Below, in pieces: positions 28,827-38,507 of a stretch of DNA of 64,000 nucleotides. The stretch covers positions 160,001 through 224,000 of the forward strand of contig CAWAKC010000007.1 in assembly GCA_963782525.1 (NCBI GenBank). The letters run 5' to 3'. The notes beneath the pieces are model-generated. The model saw only the letters and a list, made by a program, of their open reading frames with translations, was not told where the DNA came from and did not search any database. The stretch is from Candidatus Bathyarchaeota archaeon. GTDB lineage: Archaea > Thermoproteota > Bathyarchaeia > Bathyarchaeales > Bathycorpusculaceae. Each line of letters begins with the position of its first letter. Positions within the stretch are counted from its first letter, which is position 1. The translations under genes were made by a program, and so were the position numbers.

Positions 28827-31210
28827 AGGCTAACCTCTATACCCAACGCAAAAACAGCCCCATTTTAGAGTTTCCTATAGAAAAAGCCGGCGAGGAACAA
28901 CTCGGTCAAATCAACAGCGAACTCGCCTTAGGCTTCAGCATACAAGAACTCAAAGAGATTCAATCATATTATAAAACAGAAAAACGTAACCCCACAGACG
29001 TTGAACTCCAAACAATCAGCCAAACATGGAGCGAACACTGCTGCCACAAAACATTCAAGGGCAAAATAGAGTTCGACGGCAAAGAAATCAACAGCCTCTT
29101 CAAAACCTACATAGCTAAAGCTACCAAACAAATCAAGGCACCTTGGTGCGTCAGCGTTTTTGAAGATAACGCTGGCATCGTCAAGTTTGACAAAGGCTAT
29201 GGTATAGCGGCTAAAGTGGAAACTCACAATCATCCCTCTGCGGTGGAGCCCTTTGGCGGCGCTGCAACAGGAGTCGGCGGAGTTATCCGAGACATTTTGG
29301 GCGTGTGGGCTGACCCAATCGCATGCACCGACGTTTTGGGTTTTGGTCCCTTAGATTATGACTATAACAAACTTCCCATAGGAGTTAAACATCCTAAGTA
29401 TGTGTACATGGGTGTCACCGCAGGAATTAGCGCATATGGCAACAACATGGGCATTCCAACTGTAAACGGCGCCATATACTTCGACGATTCCTACACGGGA
29501 AATGTCGTCGTCTACTGTGGCTGCATCGGTCTCTTACCCCTAAACAGGTACGCAAAAAACGCAAAAGTCGGCGACATCGTAGTTTTATCAGGCGGAAAAA
29601 CAGGACGTGACGGCATCCACGGCGTGACCTTCGCATCCGCCGAACTCACCGAAAAATCGGAAGAAATCTCGCGGTCAGCCGTCCAAATCGCAGACCCCAT
29701 CGAAGAAGAAAAAGTAAAAAGAGCAATAGTAGAAATCCGCGACCTCCAACTTGCTTCAGCTGTGACCGATATAGGAGGAGGAGGTTTATCTTCAGCTGTC
29801 GGCGAAACAGCAGAACGTTTCAACTGCGGAGTCACCGCTGACTTAGCGAAGGTGCCTTTGAAGTATCAAGGTTTGGCGCCGTGGGAAATTTACCTCTCCG
29901 AATCCCAAGAACGAATGTTAATCACTGTTGCGCCCGAGAATTTGGAGCGAGTTATGGCTGTTTTTGAGAAAGAAGACGTTATAGCTACAGCAATTGGGAT
30001 ATTGACACCTGAGAGACGCCTGAAACTCACTTACAATGACGAAACAGTCTCCGACGTAGACATGACTTTCCTCTTCAACCCTTGCACCAGCAGCAAAGTG
30101 GCCACCTTCGAGAAAACAGACTTCACTGAACCAGAATTCCCAGAGCCAGCAAACCTCACCGAGACCTTGCTGCAACTGCTGGCAGCCCCAAACATCGCCA
30201 GCAAAGAAAGCGTAATCCGCACATACGACCATGAAGTCAAAGGCAACACAACCCTCAAACCACTTCAGGGCGAGTACGCGGGACCAAACGACGCAGCCGT
30301 ACTAAAACCACTGGATGATTCCCTAAAATGTCTAACTATCTCCTCCGGCATGAATCCAAACTACGGAAAGATTGACGCGTACTGGATGGCAGCTTCAGCA
30401 ATCGACGAAGCCATACGCAACAACATCGCTGTAGGCGGAAGAAGAATTTCGCTTTTAGACAATTTCACCTGGGGCAACCCAGAGAAAACAGAACGCCTAG
30501 GCTCGCTAGTTAGAGCTTGCGAAGCATGCTACGACTTTGCAGTCGCATTCAAAGCGCCATTTATCTCAGGCAAAGACAGCCTCTACAATGAATCGCCGCT
30601 GGGTCCAATAACCTCAACACTCTTAATCACTGCAGTTGGCGTAATCCCAAACATCCAATCCACCACATCCATGGACCTCAAAGCAGCAGGCAACCTCCTG
30701 TATCTAATCGGCGAAACATTCAACGAACTCGGCGGATCCGAATACTACAAACTTAAAGGCTACCTCGGCGCCAGTGTACCCAAAGTGAAGGGAGCAAAAG
30801 CTAAACGCACATTCAAAGCTGTAACCAAAGCCATTGATGAAGGTTTAGTCAAGTCTTGTCATGACCTCTCGGAAGGCGGTTTGGCAGTGGCGGCGGCTGA
30901 GATGGCGTTTGCAGGCGGCTATGGCTTAGAACTGGATCTGCGCAAAGTGATAGGTAAAGAATTAACACGCAACGATTTCATATTGTTCTCTGAATCAAAC
31001 AGCCGCTTCCTAATCGAAGTCGCGGAAGCGGACAAGGAAGATTTTGAGGATTTGATGAAGGGTAAAAACTGCGCCCTAATCGGCAAAGTAACCAAAGAGC
31101 AGAAACTCCTCGTCCACGGGATGAACGGCAAAGTCGTTGTTGACGCTTCACTCGAAACGCTTCGGAGTAGCTGGAAAAAAACCCTCAGCCCAGAGGAGGC
31201 ATCACAATGA
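28823..31210 (+). CDS. purL: FGAM synthase subunit PurL
   Basis: WSEHCCHK, ETHNHPS, GAATGVGG, SESQER, HDLSEGGL. Confidence 0.97.
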   Translation: MKANLYTQRKNSPILEFPIEKAGEEQLGQINSELALGFSIQELKEIQSYYKTEKRNPTDVELQTISQTWSEHCCHKTFKGKIEFDGKEINSLFKTYIAKATKQIKAPWCVSVFEDNAGIVKFDKGYGIAAKVETHNHPSAVEPFGGAATGVGGVIRDILGVWADPIACTDVLGFGPLDYDYNKLPIGVKHPKYVYMGVTAGISAYGNNMGIPTVNGAIYFDDSYTGNVVVYCGCIGLLPLNRYAKNAKVGDIVVLSGGKTGRDGIHGVTFASAELTEKSEEISRSAVQIADPIEEEKVKRAIVEIRDLQLASAVTDIGGGGLSSAVGETAERFNCGVTADLAKVPLKYQGLAPWEIYLSESQERMLITVAPENLERVMAVFEKEDVIATAIGILTPERRLKLTYNDETVSDVDMTFLFNPCTSSKVATFEKTDFTEPEFPEPANLTETLLQLLAAPNIASKESVIRTYDHEVKGNTTLKPLQGEYAGPNDAAVLKPLDDSLKCLTISSGMNPNYGKIDAYWMAASAIDEAIRNNIAVGGRRISLLDNFTWGNPEKTERLGSLVRACEACYDFAVAFKAPFISGKDSLYNESPLGPITSTLLITAVGVIPNIQSTTSMDLKAAGNLLYLIGETFNELGGSEYYKLKGYLGASVPKVKGAKAKRTFKAVTKAIDEGLVKSCHDLSEGGLAVAAAEMAFAGGYGLELDLRKVIGKELTRNDFILFSESNSRFLIEVAEADKEDFEDLMKGKNCALIGKVTKEQKLLVHGMNGKVVVDASLETLRSSWKKTLSPEEASQ

Positions 31211-32025
31211 ACACTGAAGAAATCAAAGTCTGCGTAATGCGTGTCGGTGGAACCAACTGCGATGCAGAAACTCAACGTGCCTTCCAAGAGTTGGGCGTAC
31301 AAGCTGAAATAGTCCATGTAAACGAATTAATCAAACGCCGTAACCTTTTGGATTATTCGGTGCTGGTTTTTCCAGGCGGCTTCTCCTTTGGCGACTACGT
31401 GCGTTCAGGCGTAATTTTTGCAAGACACCTATCCGCGAACCTCGCAAAAGAGATGGAAACTTTCATCGATGAAAGCAGACCCATATTAGGCATATGCAAT
31501 GGTTTTCAAATTCTTGTCGAATACGGTTTGCTTCCAGGCTTCAAAGGCATGAGCGAATACCCCGAAGCCACATTGACAACCAATGAGCCGGCAGGCTTCA
31601 AGTGCCAATGGACCTACCTAAAACAAGAAAACAAAGGCAAATGCATGTTCACAAACAAAATTCCCGCTGGAAAAGTCGTCAATTTACCAATCGCACATGG
31701 CGAGGGACGACTCCTGTTCCCCAAAGAGCAAGAACAGGCGTTGCTCAAGAAACTCATCGATGAGGACATGCTGGTCTTCCGCTACTGCGACAAAGACGGC
31801 AAGGTCGCCGACGGCAAATACCCAGTCAGCCCCAACGGCTCATTCTACGACATCGCAGGCATCTGCAACAGGGAAGGCAACATATTCGGTTTGATGCCGC
31901 ATCCGGAAAGGGCGATGTACTGGTGGCAGCAACCAAACTGGACACGCGAGCAACAAATGCTTCAGTACGGCGACGGCAAAATGATCTTCCAAAGCATAAT
32001 CGACAAACTAACCAAGATAGGCTAA
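31207..32025 (+). CDS. purQ: FGAM synthase glutaminase subunit PurQ
   Basis: GTNCD, PGGFSFGD, GICNGFQ, MPHPER. Confidence 0.97.
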   Translation: MNTEEIKVCVMRVGGTNCDAETQRAFQELGVQAEIVHVNELIKRRNLLDYSVLVFPGGFSFGDYVRSGVIFARHLSANLAKEMETFIDESRPILGICNGFQILVEYGLLPGFKGMSEYPEATLTTNEPAGFKCQWTYLKQENKGKCMFTNKIPAGKVVNLPIAHGEGRLLFPKEQEQALLKKLIDEDMLVFRYCDKDGKVADGKYPVSPNGSFYDIAGICNREGNIFGLMPHPERAMYWWQQPNWTREQQMLQYGDGKMIFQSIIDKLTKIG

Positions 32026-32922
32026 ATCCTTCGCGTAGGGCAAGCCTGCGCGGGCGCCCATAGCCAACACTTTTCGGGACCCAACAAAATTGCCCAGTTG
32101 ACCGCATTCGTAGAGACTTTTTTCGTGGATTAAACCGTAGAGAAAGCCCGCGTTGAAAGCATCTCCCGCGCCGGTGGTGTCGAGTGCTTTAACTTTGAAG
32201 GGTTCCACACTGAGATGTTCTTGACCATCCGTAACGTAGCAACCTTTGCTTCCGAGTTTCACCGCCACGATCTTGACGCCCATACCAATCATGAAATCGG
32301 CGCCTCTACGAAAGTCTTCTTCGCCTGTTAACAGTTCAAGTTCAGCCGCATTAGGCATCAAAACGTGGGAGTTCTTAATTAGGGGTTCTATGACGCCGAA
32401 ACCTTTTTGTGCATACACAGAGCCCGGATCGAAGCTGATTTCGACCCCTTCAGGCAAGGCGCTTAAGAGTTTTTTTTGTGCACGGAACGATTTTTCACCT
32501 ACAAAAGAGGATAGGTGGACGAGTTTGGTTTGGGAAACGTATTCGTATTTGATTTCTCTGGGCTCGATTAAGTCGTTGACGCCTGAGTTAATGTAGAGTG
32601 TTCTTGCGCCTGTTCTGTCCACGAAACCCATCACTGAGCCGCTTCTGCCCTTTGTTGTATCGATGATTCCGCGGGTGTCCACGCCTTCGGCTTTGAAGCA
32701 GTCAAGCTGCAGTTTGCCTTCGCGGTCGCCAGCAACTTTTCCTATGAAACCAACTTTGCAGCCAAGCCTAGCTAGCCCTACAATCGTGTTTGCGGCTGAG
32801 CCTCCGCAGGCTTCCTTGTAGTCTTCGATGAAGCTTTCTTTTTCAGCGGTTGCAAATTTGTCTACTTTGAAGAGCATGTCAACGTTGAGTGCTCCGAATC
32901 CTATTACGTCAAATTTTGTCAT
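32008..32922 (-). CDS. PfkB/ribokinase-family kinase (EhaT-like)
   Basis: [20 protein letters not shown]; ATGA overlap with ftr-like gene. Confidence 0.92.
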   Translation of the reverse strand: MTKFDVIGFGALNVDMLFKVDKFATAEKESFIEDYKEACGGSAANTIVGLARLGCKVGFIGKVAGDREGKLQLDCFKAEGVDTRGIIDTTKGRSGSVMGFVDRTGARTLYINSGVNDLIEPREIKYEYVSQTKLVHLSSFVGEKSFRAQKKLLSALPEGVEISFDPGSVYAQKGFGVIEPLIKNSHVLMPNAAELELLTGEEDFRRGADFMIGMGVKIVAVKLGSKGCYVTDGQEHLSVEPFKVKALDTTGAGDAFNAGFLYGLIHEKSLYECGQLGNFVGSRKVLAMGARAGLPYAKDLAYLG

Positions 32923-33827
32923 ACAAACAACTCTTTTAATGGGATTTTGTGTTCGCCCAGTTTGCCGCCGTAGTTACCAGCGGATATCCGCACGACGCCA
33001 TCTACGTCTAATACGGCTTTTATTCCTGCTTTGGTGGCTTCTTTAACAGCGTCTATGGAAATGCCGTCGAAAACGATTTCGGCGATGTAGTTGACGCCTT
33101 CTGGAACCTTCGATTCCTTGCCTAAGCGTGATTTAAGCGAGGGACAGTACAGGTGGTTGGTGGTAGGCCCTATTTTCGGATAATGGGTTTCGGGTTTGGA
33201 ACCAGCTGAACAGATATCAAAGGTAGTCACGACGCCATACACTTTGTGAATTGCCTTCAGGGCTTTGGCGCCCGCGTAATTAAGCGCCTCTTTTGATGTG
33301 CACATTATCCAAAAGTTGCCGCCCATAACACCCCGAGCGTAACCAAGATACCGTTCAATAACAAAGTCAGGAACCATAAGTGGAACAACGATGACTTCTC
33401 TACCAAAACGCTTTTCGACCCACTCATAGCCATCGCCGCAGTGACCCACACTCTCCATCATGTCTAACTTGCCCTCGGACCTTGGTAAAGCATCAAAAAC
33501 GGCGGTGAAGGGTTTAACGAGGATGTCTTGGCGGATGCGGTAAGAGAGTTCGGTTTCGAACTTTTTTAGTGATTCCGCGAAAGTTTTTTTGGGATTGATT
33601 TCGCCCCAAAACTGCAAGGTTGCGCCCATGCGTTTGTCGGGTGTTTCGTTTGGGTTTAGGTATTTTTCTACGCCACCTTCAGTTCTGCCAATGACAACCG
33701 ACGGAGTCGCTGTGGAGTCTTCAGCTGCCTTACGCATACTCTGTTCATCATCCGCAGTAATAATTACCCTGCAAAAAAGCCCCGTAAACGCTTCAGCGTA
33801 AGTGTCTTCGATTACTGCTTTACCCAT
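32919..33827 (-). CDS. ftr: formylmethanofuran:tetrahydromethanopterin formyltransferase-like protein (divergent, EhaS-like)
   Basis: [34 protein letters not shown]; [13 protein letters not shown] and [12 protein letters not shown] differ from canonical Ftr. Confidence 0.88.
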   Translation of the reverse strand: MGKAVIEDTYAEAFTGLFCRVIITADDEQSMRKAAEDSTATPSVVIGRTEGGVEKYLNPNETPDKRMGATLQFWGEINPKKTFAESLKKFETELSYRIRQDILVKPFTAVFDALPRSEGKLDMMESVGHCGDGYEWVEKRFGREVIVVPLMVPDFVIERYLGYARGVMGGNFWIMCTSKEALNYAGAKALKAIHKVYGVVTTFDICSAGSKPETHYPKIGPTTNHLYCPSLKSRLGKESKVPEGVNYIAEIVFDGISIDAVKEATKAGIKAVLDVDGVVRISAGNYGGKLGEHKIPLKELFV

Positions 33828-34910
33828 TTATCCAAGTCTCCCGATGGCTACTCCACGAACGCTCTTCCTAAACGCACTGCTCTCTTTTATGAGTGATTCC
33901 ATATTTTTGGCTGAAACTATTTGAATTTTGGGCAGGGCATCAGGGTACAGGGTTGAAAGCTGTTTGAGAAGGGCCTCGTCAACCGTAATTTTATTAAGAG
34001 ATTCATAATCCCATGAACCAAGAGCCTTCAGGGTTTTTGCTTTGCCAAACTTGCAGAATAAGTCAACTATCACTGCCGTGACTAGGTTGCTTTCTGACTG
34101 TACAGCCACCTCAGCGTTCTTCACTGCATAGCTGTTTCCGTTGAAAGACACAGTTAAGCCGCCGTAATCGCGGATAAGTTTGAAGGCTTCCACGTCAGTT
34201 ATGCTGTCGCCCACATACATGACATCCCCTAATCCCACTCCTAATCGTTTCGCTGCGTCACGAATAGATTCAGCTTTTTGTTCCCCACCAACCGTCACGA
34301 CATCGATGAGGAATTTTCCGACAAACATCTTAGGAATTAATCTCCAGAAAATCTCATCCAACCGTTGGATAATGGCTTGGTCGCGGATTGAAAAATCTTC
34401 GATTGTTTTTGCGTTCGGGGGAATATCGATTAGGTGCATATTTGCGATTTCTTGCGCTATTTCCCTCAACAGCTCTTTCTCTTTGGGGGTTATGGGGATT
34501 TTGTCGAGGGCTACTTTTGTGCAGTAAGTGTTCTTGTAGGGGAATTCGACTGCTTTGCAGAGTGCTTTGATGTAATGCTCGTAGCTAGTGCTAACGATAA
34601 AGGAATCAGCTATTTTTTGTATATGGTTTAGGGTGATTTTGCTGTTGGAGATTAGTATTAAGTTTTTTGAAGAGAAATCGTCCATCTGGCTATCAGTTAT
34701 TCCGTAAGCTTTGAAAAAGGGCAAAATCAACTTTAGCGTGCTTCCGGCGGAGTAACCAGGCTTCTTTATCGCATCAGCCAAAACGTCATCGTAGAGGCTG
34801 ATATTTGTGAAAAATTTGTCGCCATTTGGAATAAAATTTTCAGCTAACTCGAAAGCGTTATCGTTTTTGGAAATGGGCCCTTCGCAGTCGGAAACAAAGA
34901 TCCGTTTCAA
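33828..34910 (-). CDS. HAD-superfamily hydrolase (EhaR-like)
   Basis: FVSDCEGPIS motif I, STSY motif II, YVGDSITD motif IV, SFNGN. Confidence 0.82.
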   Translation of the reverse strand: MKRIFVSDCEGPISKNDNAFELAENFIPNGDKFFTNISLYDDVLADAIKKPGYSAGSTLKLILPFFKAYGITDSQMDDFSSKNLILISNSKITLNHIQKIADSFIVSTSYEHYIKALCKAVEFPYKNTYCTKVALDKIPITPKEKELLREIAQEIANMHLIDIPPNAKTIEDFSIRDQAIIQRLDEIFWRLIPKMFVGKFLIDVVTVGGEQKAESIRDAAKRLGVGLGDVMYVGDSITDVEAFKLIRDYGGLTVSFNGNSYAVKNAEVAVQSESNLVTAVIVDLFCKFGKAKTLKALGSWDYESLNKITVDEALLKQLSTLYPDALPKIQIVSAKNMESLIKESSAFRKSVRGVAIGRLG

Positions 34911-36328
34911 CGTTTGTGCCTCAACTTATCCATGTGAGTGATGCTTTTGGCTATGTGTTGTTTTGAGGCGACGTCGGTTCGGTTCCAGAGTGCACCGCCC
35001 GTGATAGTAATGGCGCCTTCTTGGCTGATTTGGCGTGCTTCCTCGATACTGCTACCGATGCCAAGGACGCCGATAGCGCGAGATTTAAGCGCGTAGTTTT
35101 TACCATCTCGCAGTTCCATAGAGCCAGGGTAGATTCGGATTTTATTTCCGTACTTTTTAGTTAATTCCTGAGCTTTTGTGAGGTCAACTGGCGTATTGAT
35201 GACGGTTTTATCAACTATGTTTGAGAATGTTTCTGCGTAACCGCCGTAGTCTGCCGGGACTTTATAGGTTAGAACTGTCGCAGACTTCTCCATCACAACG
35301 CCTCTGAGATTACCATCCGCCATTTTAAGGCAGACATCTACGAAGTCGTCTTTTATGATTGGGAGGAGGTTCATGATTTCAGGGTCACCCGGGCGGCTGT
35401 TAATTTCGAGGATTTTGATGCCCTTGCCTGTATGCATAAAAGCAAGGTACAATGGGACACCACGAAGCGCGGTGTCATCGCTGATTTTTGCTTTCCAACC
35501 TGTGAAAACTTTGTTGGCCAAAACCAGTTCCTGTTCACGTTCAGCAGCTGTTAAGAACGGCAGCCAATCAACAACGTCCTTGTAGGAACCCATGCCACCC
35601 GTGTTGGGTCCTTTGTCGTCGTCGAAGGCACGTTTGTAGTCACGGGTGTCGGGCAAGGGGATGAAGTGTTTGCCGTCGCAGAAGCCCATGCAGCTGGATT
35701 CTTCACCATCGATTTTTTCTTCGATAATAACTGAACCGTATTTGAAGTTGGACATAAAGTGCTCAAAAAGTTGCTCGCGGTTTACAAAGTGATCGCCCCA
35801 GACGCCAACGCCTTTGCCCAAGGCGGGTTTGTCGGGTTTAACAACGGCTTGGTTGTCCAATTCATCCAGCCATTGGTAAACATCTTTCCGTACATCTTTT
35901 CCTTTGTAATCGGCTGGGTGAAAAACTTTGAAGCGCGGGTTAGCTTCAGGCGCTATCTCTTCGAAAAGCACTCTTTGAGCAACTTTGCTTTCTTCTATAG
36001 CGTATTCTTTGGTGGGGCAAATAACGGGTATGCCAGTTTGTTTCTCGATTAGGTCGCGTATTCCTTCGATTATAGGTTTCTCGGAGCCGACCAGAACAAA
36101 ATCGAGTTTGTCCTTGTTTTCCTCTGCGAATTTGCTGATTTCTTGGATGTCAAGGTTCGGGATAACCTTGTGTTTGGTAGCGTGCTCTGCATTGAAGGGG
36201 TTGCATTGTTTGTCGGCTACGTAGAGTTCCACCTGGTATTTTTTGCTTCTTAGAAGAGCATCTGCCATGGCGACTTCTCGTGCGCCGTAAGAAATAACTA
36301 GGACACCTACTTTTTCCATCCAAGACAC
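34907..36328 (-). CDS. purD: phosphoribosylamine-glycine ligase (GAR synthetase)
   Basis: GAREVA, VVKPD..GKGV, DYKRAFDDDKGPNTGGMG, EINSRPGDPE. Confidence 0.95.
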   Translation of the reverse strand: MSWMEKVGVLVISYGAREVAMADALLRSKKYQVELYVADKQCNPFNAEHATKHKVIPNLDIQEISKFAEENKDKLDFVLVGSEKPIIEGIRDLIEKQTGIPVICPTKEYAIEESKVAQRVLFEEIAPEANPRFKVFHPADYKGKDVRKDVYQWLDELDNQAVVKPDKPALGKGVGVWGDHFVNREQLFEHFMSNFKYGSVIIEEKIDGEESSCMGFCDGKHFIPLPDTRDYKRAFDDDKGPNTGGMGSYKDVVDWLPFLTAAEREQELVLANKVFTGWKAKISDDTALRGVPLYLAFMHTGKGIKILEINSRPGDPEIMNLLPIIKDDFVDVCLKMADGNLRGVVMEKSATVLTYKVPADYGGYAETFSNIVDKTVINTPVDLTKAQELTKKYGNKIRIYPGSMELRDGKNYALKSRAIGVLGIGSSIEEARQISQEGAITITGGALWNRTDVASKQHIAKSITHMDKLRHKR

Positions 36329-36367
36329 CGTTAGTGAATAGACATTGCAGGGAACGCTTAATAGCAG

Positions 36368-37852
36368 TTACGCCTGAGCTTCTTCGGATTCGTAGATTCT
36401 GTTTTTCTCTTCGAAGCCTTCTTGGAAGCGTTTTTTCATTATGGTAGCCATTTTCTGCGCACACGGCGTTGGATACTTGCCTGTGACGCAGGCTAAGCAA
36501 AGCTCGTTTTCTGTACAACCTATCGCTCGAATGAGTCCCTCGAGGGATTGGTAGCATACGGCATCTGCACCAATGATTTTAGCGATTCCCGCTGGATCTT
36601 GTCTTGAACCGATGAGTTGCCCATATGTTGACATGTCGATGCCGTATAAGCAGGGACCAATTATACGTGGGAAAGTTACGAAGACATAGACTTTTTTGGC
36701 GCCTACTTTCCGCAGTTTCTCGATGATCACTTTGGTTGTATCTCCGCGGACGATACTGTCCTCGGTTATTATGACACGTTTCCCTGCAACTTTGCTGCCT
36801 AAAATGTTAATTTTCTTATCAATAGTCGAGAACCGTTCCGTATTCAGCAGAATAAAGGCTCGTTCGGTAACGTAGCGATGTCGCCTTGAAGCTCGTTCCC
36901 AACGTAAACCTGACTCTTCATGAACCCCCATCGCAGAGTCGTCGCCAGTCTCAGGAACCGACATGATTATGTCGCCGTCCTTGGCGATTTCTGGGAATTC
37001 CCTCACGATATTTCTGCCGAATTCCTCGCGCATTTCATAGACGTATTTGTCGCCGCCGAAAGTTGAGTCGGGCCTTGCAAAATAAGCGTACTCAAAAGCG
37101 CAGAAGGCTTCACGAGGGTTTTGGATAAGTTGGGTGCGTTTGAAGCCATCAGGTGAAACTGTTACGAGTTCGCCCGGTTTTAATTCAAAATCTTGCACAA
37201 AACTGTTCATGTCCAAGCTGACGGTTTCAGATGAAAAAGCAAACGTTTTCCCATTTGGGTCATGTCCAGCGCACAGGGGTTTTATGCCATGCGGGTCCTT
37301 GAATGCAAAGAATTCTCCGTCTCCCGTTATACCTGTTACTGAAAACGCTCCATCTAAGCTCTCCATTACGTTGCGAGCGGCAGCCTCCAAAGTTTTGCCC
37401 TGCTTAAGTCCCAGAAGGAATTTGTGACAGACAATGTCGGAGTCGCAGTTGTAGATGAAGTCCGAGAAGTTTTGGTTCATTTCTTTTTTTAGTGGCATCG
37501 TGTTGACGATATTGCCGTTAAATGAGAGGGCAACTGTTATTCCATCACTGGATGCAACGACTGGCTGAGTGCCGTCAATTATTGACACATCGTCACATTT
37601 GCCCGATGTTGTGTACCTTACGTTGCCTATGCCTATGGATCCGGGCAAGCGGCCAAACCATTCTTGGATAGCGTTGCTCTTGACTTTAGGGACTAGATCC
37701 AAGTTCTTGTAGGTGAAGAATTGTTTGTCGCTGTATGTTAGGAAACCATGTGATTGGTGTCCCCTATGGTTCTGTGCACGTAAACCCCAATAAACATACG
37801 GAAAAACTGGTTGATTATCATAATTTATTGCCCCAAAGATACCGCAGCCTAT
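36368..37852 (-). CDS. purF: amidophosphoribosyltransferase, probable ATA start
   Basis: Frame extends upstream of track start 37702 through QNHRGHQSHG to (M)GCGIFG; NVRYTT, FNGNI, DSIVRG, Fe-S cysteines. Confidence 0.93.
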   Translation of the reverse strand: MGCGIFGAINYDNQPVFPYVYWGLRAQNHRGHQSHGFLTYSDKQFFTYKNLDLVPKVKSNAIQEWFGRLPGSIGIGNVRYTTSGKCDDVSIIDGTQPVVASSDGITVALSFNGNIVNTMPLKKEMNQNFSDFIYNCDSDIVCHKFLLGLKQGKTLEAAARNVMESLDGAFSVTGITGDGEFFAFKDPHGIKPLCAGHDPNGKTFAFSSETVSLDMNSFVQDFELKPGELVTVSPDGFKRTQLIQNPREAFCAFEYAYFARPDSTFGGDKYVYEMREEFGRNIVREFPEIAKDGDIIMSVPETGDDSAMGVHEESGLRWERASRRHRYVTERAFILLNTERFSTIDKKINILGSKVAGKRVIITEDSIVRGDTTKVIIEKLRKVGAKKVYVFVTFPRIIGPCLYGIDMSTYGQLIGSRQDPAGIAKIIGADAVCYQSLEGLIRAIGCTENELCLACVTGKYPTPCAQKMATIMKKRFQEGFEEKNRIYESEEAQA

Positions 37853-38007
37853 TTTTCAGTCCCCTCAAGCAGTAAATGCTCATAGATTGAAAGAAGGGGT
37901 TTATACGCTTTTAGTACAAATTTACGTATAAACCATGGGGTTTTTGACATAATACAGATTAGCAGAAACGGGGGAGGAAAAAATAATTCTAAAAAGAAAA
38001 GGAAGGA

Positions 38008-38421
38008 TTATGGTTTTTGCGTGTACTCCAGCATGCCAAAAGCGTTGCCATCGGGGTCAAGCGCCAGTGCCCACCAGCCTATGCCCGGAATCTCCATCTT
38101 CTGCTGGATTATTTTGCCGCCTAACGCCTCCACCTTCTTGCTGTATTCCTCTACAGACTCCACTGAAATGTAGTTTATTGGCGTAGCCCTCTCCGGCATT
38201 GAAGCATCCTTTTTCTCGTACAGTCCACCATTGACGCCTGGTCGAATCGGCATCATGGTTTTTTCATCCACGGGAACCGTTCCGACAAGATAATAGACGG
38301 TTGGTCCAGGATACTTATTCATCGTCCATCCAAACAAATCCATATAAAATTTCTTTAACTTCTCGATGTCATTGGCTGGAATTTCAAAATGTACAATTGT
38401 ATGGTCCACAAAAATCACCAA
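38008..38421 (-). CDS. VOC/glyoxalase family protein
   Basis: VHFEIPA..KFY..LFGW, GVNGG, DPDGN. Confidence 0.88.
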   Translation of the reverse strand: MVIFVDHTIVHFEIPANDIEKLKKFYMDLFGWTMNKYPGPTVYYLVGTVPVDEKTMMPIRPGVNGGLYEKKDASMPERATPINYISVESVEEYSKKVEALGGKIIQQKMEIPGIGWWALALDPDGNAFGMLEYTQKP

Positions 38422-38507
38422 TTTCTAGAAATTGGGCGGATTATAAAAGAATTTCTTAAAAGCTAAATTGAATAAAAAATAAAAATAAAATGAGAAGGGG
38501 GATGGCT

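Noticed and set aside
33828-34910. EhaR-like gene as evidence of an Eha hydrogenase
   Set aside because: It has HAD motifs, and no hydrogenase subunits are present.
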